Positions 54,501-64,000 of a stretch of DNA of 64,000 nucleotides are shown here, one piece after another. Positions within the stretch are counted from its first letter, which is position 1. Every line of letters starts with the position of its first letter. Where the stretch lies: the NCBI GenBank assembly GCA_964057225.1, contig OZ059897.1, forward strand, positions 21,018,001 to 21,082,000. The letters run 5' to 3'. The notes beneath the pieces were generated by a model. That model had not been told where the DNA came from. It did not search any database and saw only the letters and a program-made list of their open reading frames with translations. Source of the stretch: Auanema rhodensis. Its lineage: Eukaryota; Animalia; Nematoda. Both the position numbers and the translations under genes were made by a program.

Positions 54501-57500
54501 TAAGTGTGAACTTATATCAGTTGATATCTCGGTGCATTTTTAAGCTAGCGCAAATCTGATAACACAGATCGACGCAGCTTAAAAATCCGCATCGAATGCA
54601 CTATACTACATTGAGAAACGCTTAATACAAAAATTAGTTATGATCGTTTGAAAAATGATGCATTAGTGTATGTTGAGTTTCCATGTACACTCAACATTGC
54701 TTCCAAAAACATTTTGACAAAAATTTTTTCGAAAAATTTCAAAATAATTTAGCAAAAAGTAGATGTTTTTAGATTCCTTTTTTCAAGGCAAAGACGATGG
54801 ACAATGTTATTCAACGAAAAAATTATTTCTTCAGGGTGAAAATCGAGGATATAAGTGTGAACTTATATCAGTTGATATCTCGGTGCATTTTTAAGCTAGC
54901 GCAAATCTGATAACACAGATCGACGCAGCTTAAAAATCCGCATCGAATGCACTATACTACATTGAAAAACGCTTAATACAAAAATTAGTTATGATCGTTT
55001 GAAAAATGATGCATTAGTGTATGTTGAGTTTCCATGTACACTCAACATTGCTTCCAAAAACATTTTGACAAAAATTTTTTCGAAAAATTTCAAAATAATT
55101 TAGCAAAAAGTAGATGTTTTTAGATTCGATTTTTCAAGGCAAAGACGATGGACAATGTTATTCAACGAAAAAATTAATTCTTCAGGGTGAAAATCGAGGA
55201 TATAAGTGTGAACTTATATCAGTTGATATCTCGGTGCATTTTTAAGCTAGCGCAAATCTGATAACACAGATCGACGCAGCTTAAAAATCCGCATCGAATG
55301 CACTATACTACATTGAGAAAAGCTTAATACAAAAATTAGTTATGATCGTTTGAAAAATGATGCATTAGTGTATGTTGAGTTTCCATGTACACTCAACATT
55401 GCTTCCAAAAACATTTTGACAAAAATTTTTTCGAAAAATTTCAAAATAATTTAGCAAAAAGTAGATGTTTTTAGATTCCTTTTTTTAAGGCAAAGACGAT
55501 GGACAATGTTATTCAACGAAAAAATTATTTCTTCAGGGTGAAAATCGAGGATATAAGTGTGAACTTATATCAGTTGATATCTCGGTGCATTTTTAAGCTA
55601 GCGCAAATCTGATAACACAGATCGACGCAGCTTAAAAATCCGCATCGAATGCACTATACTACATTGAAAAACGCTTGATACAAAAATTAGTTATGATCGT
55701 TTGAAAAATGATGCATTAGTGTATGTTGAGTTTCCATGTACACTCAACATTGCTTCCAAAAACATTTTGACAAAAATTTTTTCGAAAAATTTCAAAATAA
55801 TTTAGCAAAAAGTAGATGTTTTTAGATTCCTTTTTTCAAGGCAAAGACGATGGACAATGTTATTCAACGAAAAAATTATTTCTTCAGGGTGAAAATCGAG
55901 GATATAAGAGTGAACTTATATCAGTTGATATCTCGGTGCATTTTTAAGCTAGCGCAAATCTGATAACACAGATCGACGCAGCTTAAAAATCCGCATCGAA
56001 TGCACTATACTACATTGAGAAAAGCTTAATACAAAAATTAGTTATGATCGTTTGAAAAATGATGCATTAGTGTATGTTGAGTTTCCATGTACACTCAACA
56101 TTGCTTCCAAAAACATTTTGACAAAAATTTTTTCGAAAAATTTCAAAATAATTTAGCAAAAAGTAGATGTTTTTAGATTCCTTTTTTTAAGGCAAAGACG
56201 ATGGACAATGTTATTCAACGAAAAAATTATTTCTTCAGGGTGAAAATCGAGGATATAAGTGTGAACTTATATCAGTTGATATCTCGGTGCATTTTTAAGC
56301 TAGCGCAAATCTGATAACACAGATCGACGCAGCTTAAAAATCCGCATCGAATGCACTATACTACATTGAAAAACGCTTGATACAAAAATTAGTTATGATC
56401 GTTTGAAAAATGATGCATTAGTGTATGTTGAGTTTCCATGTACACTCAACATTGCTTCCAAAAACATTTTGACAAAAATTTTTTCGAAAAATTTCAAAAT
56501 AATTTAGCAAAAAGTAGATGTTTTTAGATTCCTTTTTTCAAGGCAAAGACGATGGACAATGTTATTCAACGAAAAAATTATTTCTTCAGGGTGAAAATCG
56601 AGGATATAAGAGTGAACTTATATCAGTTGATATCTCGGTGCATTTTTAAGCTAGCGCAAATCTGATAACACAGATCGACGCAGCTTAAAAATCCGCATCG
56701 AATGCACTATACTACATTGAGAAACGCTTAATACAAAAATTAGTTATGATCGTTTGAAAAATGATGCATTAGTGTATGTTGAGTTTCCATGTACACTCAA
56801 CATTGCTTCCAAAAACATTTTGACAAAAATTTTTTCGAAAAATTTCAAAATAATTTAGCAAAAAGTAGATGTTTTTAGATTCCTTTTTTCAAGGCAAAGA
56901 CGATGGACAATGTTATTCAACGAAAAAATTATTTCTTCAGGGTGAAAATCGAGGATATAAGTGTGAACTTATATCAGTTGATATCTCGGTGCATTTTTAA
57001 GCTAGCGCAAATCTGATAACACAGATCGATGCAGCTTAAAAATCCGCATCGAATGCACTATATTACATTGAGAAACACTTGATACAAAAATTAGTTATGA
57101 TCGTTTGAAAAATGATGCATTAGTGTATGTTGAGTTTCCATGTACACTCAACATTGCTTCCAAAAACATTTTGACAAAAATTTTTTCGAAAAATTTCAAA
57201 ATAATTTAGCAAAAAGTAGATGTTTTAAGATTCCATTTTTCAAGGCAAAGACGATGGACAATGTTATTCAACGAAAAAATTAATTCTTCAGGGTGAAAAT
57301 CGAGGATATAAGTGTGAACTTATATCAGTTGATATCTCGGTGCATTTTTAAGCTAGCGCAAATCTGATAACACAGATCGACGCAGCTTAAAAATCCGCAT
57401 CGAATGCACTATACTACATTAAGAAACGCTTGATACAAAAATTAGTTATGATCGTTTGAAAAATGATGCATTAGTGTATGTTGAGTTTCCATGTACACTC

Positions 57501-60500
57501 AACATTGCTTCCAAAAACATTTTGACAAAAATTTTTTCGAAAAATTTCAAAATAATTTAGCAAAAAGTAGATGTTTTTAGATTCCATTTTTTTAAGGCAA
57601 AGACGATAGACAATGTTATTCAACGAAAAAATTAATTCTTCAGGGTGAAAATCGAGGATATAAGTGTGAACTTATATCAGTTGATATCTCGGTGCATTTT
57701 TAAGCTAGCGCAAATCTGATAACACAGATCGACGCAGCTTAAAAATCCGCATCGAATGCACTATATTACATTGAGAAACACTTGATACAAAAATTAGTTA
57801 TGATCGTTTGAAAAATGATGCATTAGTGTATGTTGAGTTTCCATGTACACTCAACATTGCTTCCAAAAACATTTTGACAAAAATTTTTTCGAAAAATTTC
57901 AAAATAATTTAGCAGAAAGTAGATGTTTTTAGATTCCTTCTTTCAAGGCAAAGACGATGGACAATGTTATTCAACGAAAAAATTAATTCTTCAGGGTGAA
58001 AATCGAGGATATAAGTGTGAACTTATATCAGTTGATATCTCGGTGCATTTTTAAGCTAGCGCAAATCTGATAACACAGATCGACGCAGCTTAAAAATCCG
58101 CATCGAATGCACTATACTACATTAAGAAACGCTTGATACAAAAATTAGTTATGATCGTTTGAAAAATGATGCATTAGTGTATGTTGAGTTTCCATGTACA
58201 CTCAACATTGCTTCCAAAAACATTTTGACAAAAATTTTTTCGAAAAATTTCAAAATAATTTAGCAAAAAGTAGATGTTTTTAGATTCCATTTTTCAAGGC
58301 AAAGACGATAGACAATGTTATTCAACGAAAAAATTAATTCTTCAGGGTGAAAATCGAGGATATAAGTGTGAACTTATATCAGTTGATATCTCGGTGCATT
58401 TTTAAGCTAGCGCAAATCTGATAACACAGATCGACGCAGCTTAAAAATCCGCATCGAATGCACTATATTACATTGAGAAACACTTGATACAAAAATTAGT
58501 TATGATCGTTTGAAAAATGATGCATTAGTGTATGTTGAGTTTCCATGTACACTCAACATTGCTTCCAAAAACATTTTGACAAAAATTTTTTCGAAAAATT
58601 TCAAAATAATTTAGCAAAAAGTAGATGTTTTTAGATTCCTTTTTTCAAGGCAAAGACGATAGACAATGTTATTCAACGAAAAAATTAATTCTTCAGGGTG
58701 AAAATCGAGGATATAAGTGTGAACTTATATCAGTTGATATCTCGGTGCATTTTTAAGCTAGCGCAAATCTGATAACACAGATCGACGCAGCTTAAAAATC
58801 CGCATCGAATGCACTATACTACATTGAGAAACGCTTAATACAAAAATTAGTTATGATCGTTTGAAAAATGATGCATTAGTGTATGTTGAGTTTCCATGTA
58901 CACTCAACATTGCTTCCAAAAACATTTTGACAAAAATTTTTTCGAAAAATTTCAAAATAATTTAGCAAAAAGTAGATGTTTTTAGATTCCTTTTTTCAAG
59001 GCAAAGACGATGGACAATGTTATTCAACGAAAAAATTATTTCTTCAGGGTGAAAATCGAGGATATAAGTGTGAACTTATATCAGTTGATATCTCGGTGCA
59101 TTTTTAAGCTAGCGCAAATCTGATAACACAGATCGACGCAGCTTAAAAATCCGGATCGAATGCACTATACTACATTAAGAAACGTTTGATACAAAAATTA
59201 GTTATGATCGTTTGAAAAATGATGCATTAGTGTATGTTGAGTTTCCATGTACACACAACATTGCTTCCAAAAACATTTTGACAAAAATTTTTTCGAAAAA
59301 TTTCAAAATAATTTAGCAAAAAGTAGATGTTTTAAGATTCCATTTTTCAAGGCAAAGACGATGGACAATGTTATTCAACGAAAAAATTAATTCTTCAGGG
59401 TGAAAATCGAGGATATAAGTGTGAACTTATATCAGTTGATATCTCGGTGCATTTTTAAGCTAGCGCAAATCTGATAACACAGATCGACGCAGCTTAAAAT
59501 TCCGCATCGAATGCACTATACTACATTGAGAAACGCTTAATACAAAAATTAGTTATGATCGTTTGAAAAATGATGCATTAGTGTATGTTGAGTTTCCATG
59601 TACACTCAACATTGCTTCCAAAAACATTTTGACAAAAATTTTTTCGAAAAATTTCAAAATAATTTAACAGAAAGTAGATGTTTTTAGATTCCATTTTTCA
59701 AGGCAAAGACGATAGACAATGTTATTCAACGAAAAAATTAATTCTTCAGGGTGAAAATCGAGGATATAAGTGTGAACTTATATCAGTTGATATCTCGGTG
59801 CATTTTTAAGCTAGCGCAAATCTGATAACACAGATCGACGCAGCTTAAAAATCCGCATCGAATGCACTATATTACATTGAGAAACACTTGATACAAAAAT
59901 TAGTTATGATCGTTTGAAAAATGATGCATTAGTGTATGTTGAGTTTCCATGTACACTCAACATTGCTTCCAAAAACATTTTGACAAAAATTTTTTCGAAA
60001 AATTTCAAAATAATTTAGCAAAAAGTAGATGTTTTTAGATTCCTTTTTTCAAGGCAAAGACGATGGACAATGTTATTCAACGAAAAAATTAATTCTTCAG
60101 GGTGAAAATCGAGGATATAAGTGTGAACTTATATCAGTTGATATCTCGGTGCATTTTTAAGCTAGCGCAAATCTGATAACACAGATCGACGCAGCTTAAA
60201 AATCCGCATCGAATGCACTATACTACATTAAGAAACGCTTGATACAAAAATTAGTTATGATCGTTTGAAAAATGATGCATTAGTGTATGTTGAGTTTCCA
60301 TGTACACTCAACATTGCTTCCAAAAACATTTTGACAAAAATTTTTTCGAAAAATTTCAAAATAATTTAGCAAAAAGTAGATGTTTTTAGATTCCATTTTT
60401 CAAGGCAAAGACGATAGACAATGTTATTCAACGAAAAAATTAATTCTTCAGGGTGAAACTCGAGGATATAAGTGTGAACTTATATCAGTTGATATCTCGG

Positions 60501-63500
60501 TGCATTTTTAAGCTAGCGCAAATCTGATAACACAGATCGACGCAGCTTAAAAATCCGCATCGAATGCACTATACTACATTAAGAAACGCTTGATACAAAA
60601 ATTAGTTATGATCGTTTGAAAAATGATGCATTAGTGTATGTTGAGTTTCCATGTACACTCAACATTGCTTCCAAAAACATTTTGACAAAAATTTTTTCGA
60701 AAAATTTCAAAATAATTTAGCAAAAAGTAGATGTTTTTAGATTCCATTTTTCAAGGCAAAGACGATAGACAATGTTATTCAACGAAAAAATTAATTCTTC
60801 AGGGTGAAACTCGAGGATATAAGTGTGAACTTATATCAGTTGATATCTCGGTGCATTTTTAAGCTAGCGCAAATCTGATAACACAGATCGACGCAGCTTA
60901 AAAATCCGCATCGAATGCACTATATTACATTGAGAAACACTTGATACAAAAATTAGTTATGATCGTTTGAAAAATGATGCATTAGTGTATGTTGAGTTTC
61001 CATGTACACTCAACATTGCTTCCAAAAACATTTTGACAAAAATTTTTTCGAAAAATTTCAAAATAATTTAGCAAAAAGTAGATGTTTTTAGATTCCATTT
61101 TTCAAGGCAAAGACGATAGACAATGTTATTCAACGAAAAAATTAATTCTTCAGGGTGAAAATCGAGGATATAAGTGTGAACTTATATCAGTTGATATCTC
61201 GGTGCATTTTTAAGCTAGCGCAAATCTGATAACACAGATCGACGCAGCTTAAAAATCCGCATCGAATGCACTATATTACATTGAGAAACACTTGATACAA
61301 AAATTAGTTATGATCGTTTGAAAAATGATGCATTAGTGTATGTTGAGTTTCCATGTACACTCAACATTGCTTCCAAAAACATTTTGACAAAAATTTTTTC
61401 GAAAAATTTCAAAATAATTTAGCAAAAAGTAGATGTTTTTAGATTCCCTTTTTCAAGGCAAAGACGATGGACAATGTTATTCAACGAAAAAATTAATTCT
61501 TCAGGGTGAAAATCGAGGATATAAGTGTGAACTTATATCAGTTGATATCTCGGTGCATTTTTAAGCTAGCGCAAATCTGATAACACAGATCGACGCAGCT
61601 TAAAAATCCGCATCGAATGCACTATACTACATTAAGAAACGCTTGATACAAAAATTAGTTATGATCGTTTGAAAAATGATGCATTAGTGTATGTTGAGTT
61701 TCCATGTACACTCAACATTGCTTCCAAAAACATTTTGACAAAAATTTTTTCGAAAAATTTCAAAATAATTTAGCAAAAAGTAAATGTTTTTAGATTCCAT
61801 TTTTCAAGGCAAAGACGATAGACAATGTTATTCAACGAAAAAATTAATTCTTCAGGGTGAAAATCGAGGATATAAGTGTGAACTTATATCAGTTGATATC
61901 TCGGTGCATTTTTAAGCTAGCGCAAATCTGATAACACAGATCGACGCAGCTTAAAAATCCGCATCGAATGCACTATATTACATTGAGAAACACTTGATAC
62001 AAAAATTAGTTATGATCGTTTGAAAAATGATGCATTAGTGTATGTTGAGTTTCCATGTACACTCAACATTGCTTCCAAAAACATTTTGACAAAAATTTTT
62101 TCGAAAAATTTCAAAATAATTTAGCAAAAAGTAGATGTTTTTAGATTCCATTTTTCAAGGCAAAGACGATAGACAATGTTATTCAACGAAAAAATTAATT
62201 CTTCAGGGTGAAAATCGAGGATATAAGTGTGAACTTATATCAGTTGATATCTCGGTGCATTTTTAAGCTAGCGCAAATCTGATAACACAGATCGACGCAG
62301 CTTAAAAATCCGCATCGAATGCACTATATTACATTGAGAAACGCTTAATACAAAAATTAGTTATGATCGTTTGAAAAATGATGCATTAGTGTATGTTGAG
62401 TTTCCATGTACACTCAACATTGCTTCCAAAAACATTTTGACAAAAATTTTTTCGAAAAATTTCAAAATAATTTAGCAAAAAGTAGATGTTTTTAGATTCC
62501 TTTTTTCAAGGCAAAGACGATGGACAATGTTATTCAACGAAAAAATTATTTCTTCAGGGTGAAAATCGAGGATATAAGTGTGAACTTATATCAGTTGATA
62601 TCTCGGTGCATTTTTAAGCTAGCGAAAATCTGATAACACAGATCGACGCAGCTTAAAATTCCGCATCGAATGCACTATACTACATTGAGAAACGCTTAAT
62701 ACAAAAATTAGTTATGATCGTTTGAAAAATGATGCATTAGTGTATGTTGAGTTTCCATGTACACTCAACATTGCTTCCAAAAACATTTTGACAAAAATTT
62801 TTTCGAAAAATTTCAAAATAATTTAACAAAAAGTAGATGTTTTTAGATTCCATTTTTCAAGGCAAAGACGATAGACAATGTTATTCAACGAAAAAATTAA
62901 TTCTTCAGGGTGAAAATCGAGGATATAAGTGTGAACTTATATCAGTTGATATCTCGGTGCATTTTTAAGCTAGCGCAAATCTGATAACACAGATCGACGC
63001 AGCTTAAAAATCCGCATCGAATGCACTATACTACATTGAGAAACGCTTAATACAAAAATTAGTTATGATCGTTTGAAAAATGATGCATTAGTGTATGTTG
63101 AGTTTCCATGTACACTCAACATTGCTTCCAAAAACATTTTGACAAAAATTTTTTCGAAAAATTTCAAAATAATTTAGCAAAAAGTAGATGTTTTTAGATT
63201 CCTTTTTTCAAGGCAAAGACGATGGACAATGTTATTCAACGAAAAAATTATTTCTTCAGGGTGAAAATCGAGGATATAAGTGTGAACTTATATCAGTTGA
63301 TATCTCGGTGCATTTTTAAGCTAGCGCAAATCTGATAACACAGATCGACGCAGCTTAAAAATCCGCATCGAATGCACTATATTACATTGAGAAACACTTG
63401 ATACAAAAATTAGTTATGATCGTTTGAAAAATGATGCATTAGTGTATGTTGAGTTTCCATGTACACTCAACATTGCTTCCAAAAACATTTTGACAAAAAT

Positions 63501-64000
63501 TTTTTCGAAAAATTTCAAAATAATTTAGCAAAAAGTAGATGTTTTTAGATTCCATTTTTCAAGGCAAAGACGATGGACAATGTTATTCAACGAAAAAATT
63601 AATTCTTCAGGGTGAAAATCGAGGATATAAGTGTGAACTTATATCAGTTGATATCTCGGTGCATTTTTAAGCTAGCGCAAATCTGATAACACAGATCGAC
63701 GCAGCTTAAAAATCCGGATCGAATGCACTATACTACATTGAAGAACGCTTAATACAAAAATTAGTTATGATCGTTTGAAAAATGATGCATTAGTGTATGT
63801 TGAGTTTCCATGTACACTCAACATTGCTTCCAAAAACATTTTGACAAAAATTTTTTCGAAAAATTTCAAAATAATTTAGCAAAAAGTAGATGTTTTTAGA
63901 TTCCTTTTTTCAAGGCAAAGACGATGGACAATGTTATTCAACGAAAAAATTAATTCTTCAGGGTGAAAATCGAGGATATAAGTGTGAACTTATATCAGTT

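Larger units (their letters stand above)
1..64000. repeat. Tandem satellite DNA array, 351-bp AT-rich monomer, about 182.3 head-to-tail copies, likely (peri)centromeric or heterochromatic
   Basis: AAGTAGATGT recurs at 1, 352, 3511, 7021, 14041 ... 56161, exact multiples of 351. The register shifts by +1 after about 57,590. No unique sequence anywhere. The centromeric/heterochromatic location is inferred from length and homogeneity only. Confidence 0.99.

Noticed and set aside
1-64000. Giant repetitive protein gene (351 is divisible by 3, i.e. 117-aa repeats)
   Set aside because: All six frames contain stops in each monomer (e.g. + strand TAG/TAA 4-6, TGA 81-83, TGA 152-154; TTA/TCA/CTA occur in all three frames for the - strand).
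1-64000. CRISPR array or other prokaryotic repeat-spacer system
   Set aside because: Palindromic segments are separated by identical sequence rather than unique spacers, and there are no cas or other genes.
1-64000. Artefactual concatemer (rolling-circle amplification or collapsed assembly)
   Set aside because: Variants are shared in ordered, nested blocks with block-private SNPs, unlike random read errors on a single template.

Overview
The whole 64 kb window is one uninterrupted head-to-tail satellite DNA array with a 351-bp monomer: 182 complete copies plus a 117-bp partial copy. By hand count the consensus is about 31% GC, and copies differ from it by only a handful of substitutions. I found no genes, RNA genes, transposon insertions, CRISPR spacers or orientation switches, and all six reading frames are closed in every monomer. 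The only length change I detected is a +1 T at about 57,587-57,593. The monomer is packed with dyad symmetries: a 9-bp stem with a GTGA loop, a 67-nt imperfect hairpin, a 9-bp stem with a 10-nt loop, and an A/T-tract palindrome. It has no CpG depletion, which points to a eukaryote with little CpG methylation, probably an invertebrate. I cannot name the species or satellite family. Shared diagnostic variants show nested, in-register duplications: local 2-, 3-, 5-, 6-, 7- and 11-monomer higher-order repeats (HORs) and long-range block copies about 17 and 19 kb apart. I see no evidence of a novel protein-coding system. The most interesting leads are the structured monomer, a clustered A>G monomer variant and the HOR history. 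Numbering: monomer Mn starts at 1+351(n-1), plus 1 from M166 onward, and 'pos' means position within a monomer.
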